From the NCBI GenBank assembly GCA_964234715.1, contig OZ174278.1: a DNA stretch of 64,000 nucleotides, one strand, 5' to 3'. Below are positions 25,270 through 38,444 of this stretch, piece by piece. Origin of the DNA: Podarcis melisellensis. Lineage: Eukaryota. Numbering within the stretch: the first letter of the stretch is position 1; the number at the start of each line of letters is the position of its first letter. Under the pieces are notes generated by a model. It had not been told where the DNA came from. It saw only the letters and a program-made list of their open reading frames with translations, and ran no database searches. Both the position numbers and the translations under genes were made by a program.

Positions 25270-25970
25270 TGAAAGGGCCCCTGCAGACTGTTTTATTGCA
25301 GGTCTATGGGGTGTTAGGGGAGGGGTAGTACCTCTGATGGGGGCACGTTGTGCTCCTTCTGGGATAGTTTCTCCACCTTTGGTCCCCACTCTACACTCAG
25401 GTCTCACCTGTGGCTCCTGTCAGCATGCAAACACACTCTGGGAACGGCTTCAACTGGCCAACTAAACCAAGTGAGGGTGGCTAATGGGTCTCAAACCGTT
25501 GGTGAGTTAGGGACTTCTCCTGCATGTGAAGACAAATTCCAGCAGATTGAGCAGATGAGACCAATAGTGGGTCCAATGATCAAGAAGGTAGGTTCTGCAC
25601 ATGCTGTAGAAGGAAGCAAGGAGAAGATGGGGATTGTCTAGGAGAAGGACAACTCTGATCCCTAATCTCCGGTGCCTTTTGCGATATATTTGGAAGAAGA
25701 AAAAGCTAAGGAGTAAACCCTAGACAAATCTGGAGTGGAATCCCTAAGATGGTTGGATGCCATCCTTCCAGCAACTCTTACAGCCAAGCTGGTGCCAAGT
25801 GTATTGCTCTGCTTTCATCTGAACCACATCAGCAAGGCCAAGAGAGATTTTTATTTATTTTTTGTCATCTTGGCCATAACTTCAATACACACTGCCCAGG
25901 TTTGCACCCCAGGAAGGTCACTTCACCTCCAGAGGCACACTCCATTATCTCTCAAGACAGACAGATGTAA
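25270..25970 (+). mobile_element. RTE-clade-derived non-autonomous element (5' UTR-like region joined to 3' tail)
   Basis: Motifs ctaggagaaggacaactctgatcc, ggagtaaaccct and aaatctggagtggaatccct, and terminal actccattatctctcaagacagacagatg, resemble RTE 5' UTR and 3' end as recalled. No RT ORF and no clear TSD. Confidence 0.5.
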
Positions 25971-26499
25971 CATGGCAACATTCTGCAACTTGTTCCTGGC
26001 ACAATAATAATGAATCAGTAGTAGATTTACTCTGCTTTATTCATTGTTCTGCAGTGCTTTCCCATTGCTAGCACATTGTTGCTAACCAGAGGGGCTGCAG
26101 CACAACTAAAGTGGGACAAAAACAACACAAGAGAATATTTGTGGTATGAAAAACTACAGGATTTCAACAGGAACATGCACTGACTAGAGATGAAATATGA
26201 TGACCGCACAAACTAGTGATAATAATCCTTGACAGTTTTTAATACTGTTTCTAATTGCTCAAAGTGTGTGCTTCACATACAAAATATCGGAAATCCTCAC
26301 TACACCTCTAAGGTAGGCAAGTATCATTATTCCCCTTCAACAGATGAGGCTGGGAGAATAAGGCTCTCCTATGAGTTCAAGGCTAACACTTCCCAACTCA
26401 TCATCCAAACCACTACACTATGCTCTTCATTTCTTAACTCTGTTTTGCAGTTTTGTATGTTTGGCTTTTTCCTCTCTTTCATATTTGATAAAAGGCTAC

Positions 26500-26960
26500 C
26501 CCTGTAGGATTCCCTCATCTGCCTAGGCTGCATTTTTCAGCTGCTCTTGATAATCTCACGGCCATTAACACTCCATAAGAGAAGATTATAATGGTCATTA
26601 AATCTCATTATTCATTATTAATTTTAAGGCTGCACTTAGGAGGCTCCTGGGTCAGTGCCCCCATTGGCTGGGTGCTGCATAAACACCACTGAAACTAAGA
26701 GGAGTGTTTCCCCTGACTCAGCCTGTTTGCTCATAATGCTGTCTTACATTTTTATCAGTCTAGAAACCAAGGAGCAGAAGAGCAGCCTGCTGAGATGCAC
26801 TGTCTGCTCTTCCCTTAGATATGCATTAATTTGTGTGCTGCGTTTTTAAAGTGAACAAGCATAGCCTTCCATAGCACATGGAATTCCCCATTTTAGTAAT
26901 CGTTTCCAGTAAATTAATTGAAACAAATTAATTAATTAATTAATCAGTTAGGTCAATCAG
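26500..26960. promoter_or_regulatory. Putative conserved non-coding / enhancer-like block
   Basis: No recognisable repeat; very dense CATTAA/TAAT/ATTA motifs including (TTAA)n at about 26928-26944. Conservation untested. Confidence 0.3.
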
Positions 26961-27094
26961 TAAAAAAAAAAACCCTTTTTATTGATTAAAAAGCATCCCT
27001 GATTAACTGGGCAAAACATTGTTTTTCAATTTACTCATTTTTTAACCTGAGTATGCTTGGAAGATGTTAGGTACCATCTTAGAATAGTCATCAA

Positions 27095-27271
27095 ACATAG
27101 AAAGCTGCCTTATGCTGAATAAGACAATTGGTTCATCTAGCTTGCTATGATCTACTCTAACAGCCAGCAGCTCTCCAGGGCATCTGATGTGAGTCTTTCC
27201 CAGCTATAACTGGAGATGCCAGGAACTGCACGCAGGATCAGGTCCTCTGTCACTGAGTCATGGTCTCTTCC
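27095..27271 (-). mobile_element. Squam3-like SINE
   Basis: catagaaagctgccttat...catctagc...cagcagctctccaggg...ctggagatgccagg...cactgagtcatggtc. Confidence 0.8.
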
Positions 27272-27919
27272 AAGGGCACTTTCTGCATTCTCATTTCCTT
27301 CCCACACTGGAAGTGCTTAGGACCTCAGTTCCTAACAGGAACCATGCAAAGGCCACATGCAACCTTCGGTGGGTGGTCAGGGGTTGCAGACCAGTGGACA
27401 TGACCGGAGTAGCTGGCAGTGGGAAGAGCCTTGCATTCATACCCATACAAACACTCAGATTTAACCCTCCCCACTGCTGTCCTCCTCGTTAAATGTGAAC
27501 TCTCACCCCACTCAATGACTGTTTTGTGGCCTGTTTTGTAGGGAGGAAGAGCAATTTACATGGGCAGGACAGCATGTGGGCCCGGCTTGGGGAAATGGTG
27601 GGGAGGCAACAGAATGCGGCAGCATTGAGGGAATTCAGTGGTGGTGATGGGTGATTTGGGCAGCACAGCAGCCTTTCCATCAGTTCACACGTGGTCCATG
27701 AGCAGCAGGCTGCCCGTACATGATGTGTTCTAAAGGGTAGACTCCAACTGAGGAACCACCAAAATCCAAGTACCCGCACATTTCAGGCTAGAAGTAACCC
27801 ACGTTCTATTCCTTTGACTTCATTTTCTGCATTCAGAATGATGTTTATATTCAGGCAAAGGGAACTGGGACTTCACTTGGGAACCCTTTTAGCTTGTTTA
27901 CGTAAGCTTCATCTTTAAT

Positions 27920-28013
27920 ACTGCAATCGTATCTATACAAGTCTGCTAATAAAAAAGTCACTGAGGTCAATTGGGAATTACTCCCAAGTAGGCAGGTATT
28001 AGGATTGCAGCCT
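27920..28013. mobile_element. Short palindromic squamate MITE (related fragments about 53145-53215, 54145-54190, 55100-55160)
   Basis: ctgcaatcgta ... ttactcccaagtaggc...taggattgcagcc inverted ends. Confidence 0.55.
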
Positions 28014-28459
28014 TAGTGTTATTCATTTTTGTTTAGCATGGGGTGACTATCTGAAAATTAGCAAATGAATGCATCTTTTAAAAGTCAATATATCCAGTAA
28101 GAACTGAGAGTCAATATATCATTATAAAGAAACCCCCAAGATTGAAAGGGTCAGAATAAAATCTCAATAATGGGCATCTATTTAGCATAGGCTGCCTGTT
28201 CACTCAATTTATTCAGGATGGCCCTGACAGAATCCTCCTATTCTGCATGTTCCTTTTGGCCCATTTAGTATGATAAACTTTCCCAGGTTTTAGAAACTTT
28301 CCATCTTCTAGATGGGCAGCTTGCCTGTCACAAGCTCACTCACTCATGCATATTGATGGTGACACCCTATTCTGTGGAATTTTGCCTGAGTCTGCTGAGG
28401 AGCACGAAAACAGAGGAAATGTAAGCGTCCACATTTCATCCATACCAAAGATGACGACA

Positions 28460-28980
28460 ACAATTTATTAATCACTTTATTAATAGCAATGATTCAAAAT
28501 TACTTACAAACACAATAAAACTAAAAGCAATTACAATAAGCACCTAAAATAAAAACCTAAAAAGAAACAAATAATATACAACTATGCAAACAAAAGATAG
28601 GTCTAGCAGACTCTGCCCAACAGAAGAGGCCAAAAATACTTTAAAACTCTTCAAATTAAGAGCCAAAACCCAAGTAGAAAGGAAAGTTTTTGCCTAGAGC
28701 CTTAAACTAGATGATGAGGACACCACCAGCATGCAATCACCACGAAAAAGGCTTATTCTCCTGTTGTCACCCATAAAGAGCTCACATGGAGAAGGGTTTT
28801 CGATGACAATTGTAGGGTCCTGGTTGGTTCATAAGGGGAGTAATGGTTCTTAAGGTATTGGGTTCTGAGTCACATAAAGCTTTATCAGTCAAAACCAACA
28901 CTTTGAACTAAACCCAGAAACTAACCAGTAGCAGTCGGGCCAGTACGGTCGGGCCAAGACTGCTGTTATGTGCTCAGAAC
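28460..28980 (-). mobile_element. L2 LINE 3' region remnant
   Basis: A-rich (reverse T-rich) UTR, then gaaaaaggc, ttcttaaggtatt and gctttat...caaaaccaacactttgaa...ccagaaa. Reverse-strand homolog of the 46770-47500 copy. Confidence 0.7.
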
Positions 28981-31900
28981 AGAACAGAATTCAGGCACTC
29001 ACTAAGAGTTTTGTTAGGTATACACTGTCTCAAAGGGCAATGCAGGATCTGACAAAGGTAAATGCCCACTAAAGAATGCTGAGAGTGAGGACCATCTAGC
29101 TTGTCTAAGAGCTCCCAACACAGGTGAAAATACAGGAGAGAGCAATCTCAGCCAGCACACACACCTTGAGATGTACTCAAGAAACAGAACTACTACTCAT
29201 TATTTATTACACCCCCTCCCCCTTGCTCCAAAGTGCTCTGCATGGCATGCATTGGTAGGCTGATAGATAGCAGCTTTCCCAATACCACCAAGGAAGCTTC
29301 CCGGCTAAACAGGAGTTATTTGAATTCAGGTCTCCCTGAGTCCATGTTTACCACACTAGGCCTATGCAGACATTCAATGTAGGTTTTGGTTATTTTATTT
29401 CAATAATTCACACCCTGGTTTTCTTTCAAGCAAACAAAAGTAGTAAACGATAGAAATTAAGCAGACTTAAACAATGTACCCAATAAAACAATAAAGAACA
29501 GCAGAAAAAATAACCAACAAAAATTAGGATCAATAAAAATAGGAGGGGGGGAAATGGAAACCACCACAAACTTGGGGCACAAACACCACAGCAAGGAAGG
29601 CACTACTAAAGGGCAAGTTTTTACCAGGTGCTGAGAAGCATATAATGATGGGGCCAGGCAAACCTTAATTAGTAGGGCATTGCCACAGGGTACCTGCCAC
29701 ACAGCGCAATTGCAGAGTCATTTCATGATAGTCACAGCCAGGCCCCTTCTAAAATTATTCAATAAACTTACAATTGTGCAATTAGGAATGCTAGATCAAC
29801 TATTTTTGGTGCATATACTTAGGAAATAATTTGGGTACTTCAGTATCTTCTTTCAGAACGACTTTAGTTGTGCTTTCTAGGAAGTTCCATTGTTTGTAAC
29901 AGAACTTGCACACTATTGCCTTGGAACAGAAGCACCTGGTGTTTTCAGTGTTCCTAAACGCTTAACTTTGAAGCACACGGTGGCTAAAAAGCTCCCACTT
30001 TATGCTGAGTGCACGGTGGAGACAGGCCCTCTGTCTGCAGAGATAGAAATGGATCTTCAACCCCTGGACCACTGCAACACAGATGCCACAACATAAAATA
30101 CCATGTCTTAGGAGAACATGGAGGAGAAACTCACATGGCACCCAGATCCCAAGCCATTCAGGACTTTATATAGGTAAAAACAGCACATCAATTGAGAGCA
30201 CATAAAACTGAAGCTAACAGCTTACCAGCCCAGATAAAACAGCAGGATGCGTTTTGAGTAAATGAACCTGGTATTTTCTGCATCCAAAGCATGCGCTCTT
30301 CACAATATATAACAACTTCTAATCTTCTCCAGTTTATTGCATCTTTAACCCAGTCATTTATATACAAATATGCACATCTGAATGAGTTATCTATGGAGTT
30401 TGCTGTTCAAAGATTGCGTGACCATGGACTAGCTCATCTGCAAACTAACTGCATGGATACAGCCTGTTTTATATTATTATTAAGCACACCATGTAGTCCA
30501 CTCCATTTTGTTCCATCTATTAGTTTTCGTGTCCTATATATTCAGCTTTGACTTCTTCAATTGTATTCTTGTATATTTAATGCAGGCTGGTGGTCAGAAG
30601 TCTTGCAGTTGCCAATGGGGTGCAGGGGTGCGAGTCATCATGAGAAATAGCACAAAACAAAATACAGGAAGTCTGGTAACATTCAAAGCTATTTATAATT
30701 ATGAACCAAATCAAATGTCATGCTAAATAGACACAGAAGTAGTAATGGGACTAATATTTATCACCCATACAAAGTCCTCAAGATATGGCGCACCATCAAG
30801 TCCCATCTCTCGCAGGAGTGCTTGCAGGCCCATTCTGAAAAGTATGCAGCAACAGCCATGGTATCCAGCTTTTGGAGTGGCTAATGTGTTATACGTAAAA
30901 GTGTAAAGGCAGCCCTCACATGACCCCAAATTCTGTATTTTTTATGCAAATGCTAAGTGCAGGTTGTTGTTTTAAAATCACAAATAAAAACAAGACAGAA
31001 TGGACTTAGGAAAGAAGATATACGAAAGGGAGGCATACTGCTAGGACTTTGGTCTAGAACAGGACCAGATCCTAGATCAGTACAGAAGGTTAAACAAGAA
31101 CAGATCAGAGCAACTCACATGATAGGTCAGTCCAAGTGTTGGGCTGTGTACACACCCTACATTTAGTACAATTTTAAGGCACATTCCACCACCCCAATGA
31201 TCTTGGGAACTGTCGTTGATCCCCAAAGAACTACAATTCCCAGCACCCTTAGCAAATAGTTTTTTAGGATTCTTTAGAAGGGGAAATGTACTTTAATATG
31301 CATGGTGTGCACACAACCTTATTCTTTGGTCTGGGCAACAAGGGAAGGCTCGTCCAGTTCAATGGTAGCTCCAAAGCTCTGGCACTAGTTTCCTGTCCCA
31401 GGGGCACAAGAAGGGATTGTGCAAAAGGAACATCATGGCTGCTTATCCATGCCTGTCTCCTTGAGCATTTCCTAAAGAGAAGTGAGAACTTTCCCCTCCC
31501 CACTGTGAGGTGATAGATGCATGCCATGTTCATTCAGTTCACAGGTGCCTGCCTCTTTCTACTCTCTACAGGTAACCCAAGCGCACTGGAGGAACACTGC
31601 ACAAAAAGAATCTTGGTGCAGTCATGCATACAATCACATTAAGTAAACTCAAGCAAAGGCTTTGTGGGTGGAAGAAGGACCTTCAAATAGCACAGCAGTG
31701 GGGAGTACAAAAAAGAAGGAGAAAACTAAAGTGGAGGCTGAACGTGCTTAAGAGAAGGAACTCAACAATCTCCTTCAATGGCTGGCATCACATCTGTGCT
31801 TCCTGCAGTATATGCTAATGGAATACGATTCGCCCAATGGTTCACAGAATCATAGATTTTGAAAGGACCTTGGAGGTTAACTACCCCAGCCCTAACTCCC

Positions 31901-34094
31901 TGCTTAGCGAAGGATTTAGTATTTAGAGATGCACTGCATGCAAAATGTAATGAGAGTGTATCCTAAACAATCCAACTGTGCTGTAGCTCATTCAAAGTAG
32001 CTCAGTTTGTTAGCCTACTGTGCATGCCAGGAAGGTGGATTGTCCAAGTATACGTGGAGATGCCCTGGAGGTTTTACAGGTTTTTAACTAGTGCAGGAAA
32101 GCCCATTGTAGACTACTACCGCTGCTACTGTTTTAATTACTGTTCTAGTCTATCTTAGCGTTGTTGGCTCTAATCTGTGGATATTACATTGCTATTTCAA
32201 CTGTGGTGTGACTTTATTACTATTGTGTGTTTATTATTGCAGACTGCCTTAGATATGTTTTCTAGAAAAGTAGGGTAAAAATGAATTATAACGAATGCAG
32301 GCTTCTATACTGTGAGCAGGCAGTGTGTGGTTGGGGAGTGGGGGGAGGACAGGACTTCTTTGGGTTTTAATCATCTTATACATAAGGAGAACCCTTCAGA
32401 GTCTCTCAGTGTCCAACCAGATGACTTTTGACAGAAGGATGAGGAGCTGGAATATTATGCTCTGTGACAGGCTTTCTCATTCTGGTGACCTTGCATCTCC
32501 CATCAGCCCTGATCACTGGCTATGCAGACTGGAGATGGTGAGCATTGTAGCCCAAAACAACTGGAGAGCAGCAGGTTGGGGAAGTCTGTTCTATGAATAT
32601 GCTAGTTCTAAAATAAAAGAAATCCAGCTAGTAAATCAACATAAAATGAAATCTAATGTTGATTACAACAAATTCTAGATTGTTGTGCCCAAGGCTTCTT
32701 GAGGAAGGAAATGGTTCATTTCCTCAGGGATTAACATTATGACCTGTGCTACCTTACTGGACTGTGAGTACAGACCCATTTTAATTTCTGATTAGCATCT
32801 TGCGTTTTCAGTACCTAGGGATTAGCATTTCCACAGCTTCTCTGGTTCATAAAAGTATCAGTTACCCTCCCCCCTTTGCTCAAAAAAATCAAGGCAGATT
32901 TGACCAGATGGCACATGTTCCTGCACTCCATGTCAGGCTGAATTAATTCAGGGGAAATGAACTCTCTTTCAAAATGATATTTATTCTTGATGCTACCATG
33001 TTCCAGTCGCCAAACTGTTCCTGGAGAAAAACACATGAAGAAAACTGAGGACCTATGGACTCAATTACCCAAGGAAGAAAAGCAGAAATACCTTTGCAGG
33101 AGATCTTGGAAAGGGGAAAAAGTCCTTCCACAGAAAAAGATTGTTTCTTTGTATAATCTTTCCTACTCAAGGATATGAACATCTGTCAGTATTATTGCAG
33201 AAGAACTCCCAAGCACATGATGCAATGTCATTAACCCCTTAATCAGGGCTGCAGCTACTGCTTCCTGTGTGTCCTTTGCCTTTGGATACTCTAGGATTCT
33301 GAAATAATTTGTTTAGTATAATTGTATTGAAGCTGCTTGAACATTCTCTCTATAGACTTCTAGCATGGAACAAATGAATTATCTCTCATTACAACACTTT
33401 CTCCCATGGAAAGTGAAAGAAGGTCACAACTCAGTAGTTCAGCATAGGCTTTGCATGTACAAGGTCAAAGTTCACTTTTTAACTTCTCCTGATTTGCTTT
33501 GTTTTAAAAGATCTTAAGCAGCAGCACTAGGGTAGACTACTGCCCAAGATATTGACAAATGATTTCAATCCTCTTCTCCATTTTACCTCTGCTGTGAAGG
33601 AGCCTCTCACAATTTTCTGTCTGGAACTTGTCAATTTCATCACTGGACCTTTGCTCACAATTCTCCAAGGTACAATGTTGCAGGTTATTCTGGACTTGCG
33701 GCTAAATAGCAAAAATGAAACTGACAGGCTCGAGTCCAGAGAACTTCATTCACTATAGAGACATTTCAAACATCTCAAGTTCACTTCTCTAGTGAAAGGT
33801 GTTCACTCACAGCAGAGGTAAGTATTGCTCTTTGCAATATTTGTGCACACATCTCTGCACTTTTACAATACGTTGGTATCCAAGAAATCTAATTTATTCC
33901 TCCAAGCAGTGTGCCTGGGAAATGGATTCTGCTACTGATAAACTCCCCTTCCCCCCAAAAACAGAAGAGAAATAATCACACCATGGCCATTGTTCCTTCC
34001 TCGCATCTACCTAAGTAGGACCTGATCAGGGAAAAAAAGCCACAGGACAGCAACCACCACCACCACTATTCCTATCACCTCTACTCTCATACAC

Positions 34095-35065
34095 TGCCAG
34101 CTATAGAAGACTTAAGATTTTTGTAGTCAAGATTGTGGCTCACCTTTTATATGGTGCACTAATCTGGGGTAACCACTGAAGGGAGGAACTTGATGCAATT
34201 CAAAACAGGTTCCTGTGTATGATATTGGCAGTGCCACATGGTACACCCAGAGCACTACTAAGGACTGAACTAGGTCTATCCTCTATAAAAGGCCGTATAC
34301 ACAAATCTGGGGGAAAATATCATCGCAACGAGAACAACACTTAGCCAAAATATTTATTTTATTTTATTTTATTTTACCTGGGTAAAATCTGGTCGAGATC
34401 TGATGCAGTTATTTGAGCTCTCCAACTTCTGGTGACAAGATATTGTGTTTAGCTAAGATGCACAAAGAGATACTGAATACTACAAAAAAAAAATATCCAT
34501 TATTTGGTATATTAAAATTAAAACAGACCACGAAAGGGATATGTACTTGCGAGAACTAACCTTTTTCCTGTTAAACATGCTTTTACCCAGCTCAGATTCC
34601 AGATAATGCTTACTGAATACCTGGCTGGGAGATATACTAGCCGACCTGCAAGAGAGTACCTCTGTATATGTGGGTCAGGGTCTATTGAGGATCTTGTACA
34701 TTATATTCTATATTGCCCATTGTATGATTCACCCAGAGCCAAAGTTATCTCCCCTTTTCAGACTGCCTTACAAGGTCAACCAGATATTTTTTAAATTAAA
34801 TGGCTGTTGGTAGATGTTGATAAATGCATGTTATAGGGTGGTACTATTTGCACTAGCAGCAAGAAAGATAAGGACAACCTTTTTGGATAGCGCAAGTGGC
34901 AAACCCTAGGGATGCTGACCAGAAGGAATGTTTATTTAAATTGTGGACACTGTTGATTTGTCATGGTCTGGTGCATGTAATGTCTTTCGTTCTGTAGTCG
35001 TGTGATTTGCGCTTATATTGTATTTCAATGGCCATTGGCTATAACAATTTAAAAATTGATTGATA
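34095..35065 (+). mobile_element. Decayed RTE-X-like LINE 3' portion
   Basis: Translates to KIVAHLLYGALIWG..ELDAIQNRFLCMILAVPHGTPRALLRTELG and CCHC knuckle CICGSGSIEDLVHYILYCPLY, with frameshifts. Ends in an attg repeat. Confidence 0.75.
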
Positions 35066-36399
35066 TAAGACATCCAAGCATTCTCCTACCCTCAATGCCA
35101 CCATGCATGAGTTCAGGTGGTAGGCCTCTTCTGAACAACATTCAATATGGTCACTCCCTCTCCCTCACTACCCAACTCCCCACAATTCTACCCACTTGTA
35201 GTGGAGGGTCCCAGAGGGCAGGAGACAATAACAAAGCAAGGCAGTCAGTTTAAAGTTTTTGTTTAAAATAATAGATCCCAGGAAGGGGTTTGGAAGGGAA
35301 ACAGAATGCAGTTTAAGCATACTGCAGAAGATCTAATGCAAAATATTCCTGTTACAAGAAATAGGAAAATGGCCAAAAAGATGAAAAGATTTGATGCTAA
35401 TGGAGGCAAAAGATTCAGAAGCGAGTGCAAGGAAGCAGATTTACTGCCATCTCTTTGATTTCTCACAACCTCTGTATTAGATATACAGAAGGGGAGCTGA
35501 ATTCTAAAGCAGTCAATTTATACACTTGGATGTTATTACAAATACTGTATGTGGTTTGTACAAATATGCAATTCAACAGAGGCAGAATCAAGAATATCAA
35601 AATCCTTCCATCATCAAGAACCTCAAGGATTCATGGTGCCATCTGCCATCTGGAAGTGAAAGGACAATTTTCACAATGGAGAATAATTTTGTATACAGTT
35701 TCCAAAACCTGTTACAAAGGTGCCTTTACCACCATTCCCAGGGATTTTTTTACTACAATTAAAAGGAAAGCATAAGCATTTGTGTAGAAACCTACTAATA
35801 GACACCAAAGAAGTACAGTGCTGCTAAATAGTATCCCTACCCCTAAAAATATATCCATGAACCATTAAGGAAATATAATAGGATAAAACATTTACTACAA
35901 TGCTCCTCGGACCATACTAATAACCTAAATGATACAGTCTGACTATCTAGGACAAATGAGAAGGGTTTTATTCTGCATGGGAATTCAGTGGTTACCAGCT
36001 TTTGTTTCAAATTGGCATCTTTCAGGAGACCTAGATCTTTGACCAGTGCAAAATATATTCTCAACCATACAATGCTTATGTCATTCCAGCAGATGATGTA
36101 AAATGTCTCCTAAAACTATTCAAGAATAGTAGGCATTGCTGGAGGCTATCCTACATGCAGAATTTGCAATTCCCTCCTTTGTGTACCCTAGGTGCACAGA
36201 GCTTTGATAATGTAATGGGTTGAATGGCTGGAATGAATGTCAGGTGACGGACTACCTGACGGAGCAGCTTTAACCTGTTAGCCTGTGTAAACTGTGTAAA
36301 GCTTTAATGGCTTATTATGACATGCCCCAAGATCTGTCAGAGGCAGCTGATACAGATGCTCTCAAGAGAAAGATCTAAAATAGGATATATGTGACAGCT

Positions 36400-37045
36400 G
36401 CCCAGGCAGATTTGAAAGTTAAATACAAAACCCAGTTTTTACAGTGGTACCAATACCTAACATACCAGCAGATTTTTGAAATTTATTTTTCAGATTGACA
36501 TATTGTTCCTCCTGAGAAAAGCCTTCACTGGACTTCACCTTCAAATAATGCCCTGGGCCTATATTGATGGAAGGTATTCCAATACATCTGTAAATTTATG
36601 TTTCTGTATCTCTGGTCAAGAGGAAGAGGAATTTATTATCCATTACGTTTTGTACTGCCAATTGTATGAAGTCCCTGGGGGAAAAAATGTATTTTAGAAC
36701 TGCATAATAGGCCTACTGCTACATTTGACGGTGGAAACGTTCTCTATCTCCTAATGGAAAGCAAATATGTCACTTGTCAGACAGCTTTATTTGCATGATA
36801 TGCCTAGAACATAAAGCAATCAATTACTGCAATCTTGTCAAGGTGATTATCTTACATAAAATTGGGGGTGAGCTATGAAATAACCCAGTGTTTAAGCTTC
36901 AGCTAAGAATTATAAGGCATGCATATACTCATTGCAGTGGAGATTTATGTACTGTACAATCTATACAATTCAAAGGTATCTGCATGTGTGGTATGTATCT
37001 TGTGATGACCTACGGTTTTTAGCAAATAAATGAACTTGACTTATC
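36400..37045 (+). mobile_element. Second, more diverged RTE-X-like LINE 3' portion
   Basis: RKAFTGLHLQIMP..IDGRY....CFCISG...IIHYVLYCQLY is homologous to the 34606-34794 peptide. Confidence 0.65.
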
Positions 37046-37863
37046 ATCTAACCTCTTACTCAGCATTCAGAAAGAGCCCCAGTGCTGCATAACAAATACT
37101 AAAATTCACACAGAAATAATATTAATGTGGATAATAATATTTGGCATCCTCTCATGGGACAATGTAATACTGAATTAATTCACAGTTCTGCAGTTCTCCC
37201 AGTTCCTAGGATGGGAAGCAATTGCACTGCACATAACTGTTATTAATTAGCCTTTCACTGCAGTTCTTCCCCTGAATGTGCTCAGTTTACATGTAAAGGG
37301 ATATATTTATCCAGAGCTTGAAGGGCAATAGGACACTGAAATATCAATAGTTGAATACATTGAAAAAGAATATATCAAGGTCACTGATAGGATTCAAATG
37401 CCAGTACCAGTAGTAGTAGTAGTCCTCATAAACAAAAGCTAAGATAAAAGCGATATAACTACTTGCATACAATAACTATTTGCATAAAACTACTCAAATT
37501 TACCTCAGTCAAAGATTCATTATGTCCATTTAGAGGCCCCCACCCCAGCAATTGGGTGTTATCTCCCACCCTCTAAGCCTCTGTAATGTCTTCTGTAAAT
37601 GTGTCTACTAATAAATTTGGCTTCTCTTCTTTCTACAAGCAGAGGTGTGTGTAGCAGCAACATAATCCTTACAGCCCCCAGTGCTGTACCACTGTGGTTT
37701 TGCTTCCTCTGTGATGGCCTCCGTGATGAGGTAAATGTGGTGTGCTATGCTTTGTTTTTATCTGGGATTTGGGAACAAAGCTGATTTGATAACCCTAGTA
37801 GATAATCTTTATCAGGAAAGGCGGGTGGGTGTAGTCTTGTTGGTTTTGCTGGAGTTCTCAGAA

Positions 37864-38048
37864 CAGTGGTGGACTTGGGGCTTTAAAATTTCAGTGGCAT
37901 TCTGTGCAATGCCAAAATCTGGCGTGCGTGCACGCACACACACACACATGTGCACCAAGCCTCTTGCCTTCCATTGTTAGTCTTTGTTGCAGCATCCCCT
38001 GTGTCACCCCTTGGCTCTGTGCCCAGTGCTCCCCTAAATCCGCATCTG
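37864..38048. mobile_element. DNA-transposon MITE inserted in L2 (superfamily uncertain)
   Basis: cagtggtggacttgggg / cccctaaatccgcatctg imperfect TIRs. The flanks ctcagaa / ctcaaca may be a decayed TSD. Confidence 0.55.
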
Positions 38049-38444
38049 CTCAACAGCAGTTGATTTCATCCAGTAGTTGATTCCATCAAAAGAACCATTG
38101 CTTTGACATGGATCCATGTATGTCATGTGGTAGTGCTGAGTGAATATTGTTTACCTGTGTTAACTGCTTTGTGATCTTCCAAAATGATCTATTTTATCCT
38201 GAATTCTATTTAACATCTAAACCAACTGCTAGGAGAGGCTATTTGGTGTGAAATGTCATCTGCATGCTGATGAGAAGGAACTCACTATTTGTCCTTCTCA
38301 TATCACAGTGTAACAGTTACATTCCTAAAAACCTTTCAGAGGTCAATAGAGGACTTGATGAAGGTAATCAAACTGAAATGCAATCCAGATTACATGGAGC
38401 TGCTAATAGTGAATGGTCAGAAAAGCCAGAAAATTGGTGAATTA

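Noticed and set aside
31572-31645. Strong splice acceptor followed by a short open frame (similar cases near 48849 and 61789)
   Set aside because: The frames end in early stops, the peptides are unrecognisable, and no consistent exon chain can be built.
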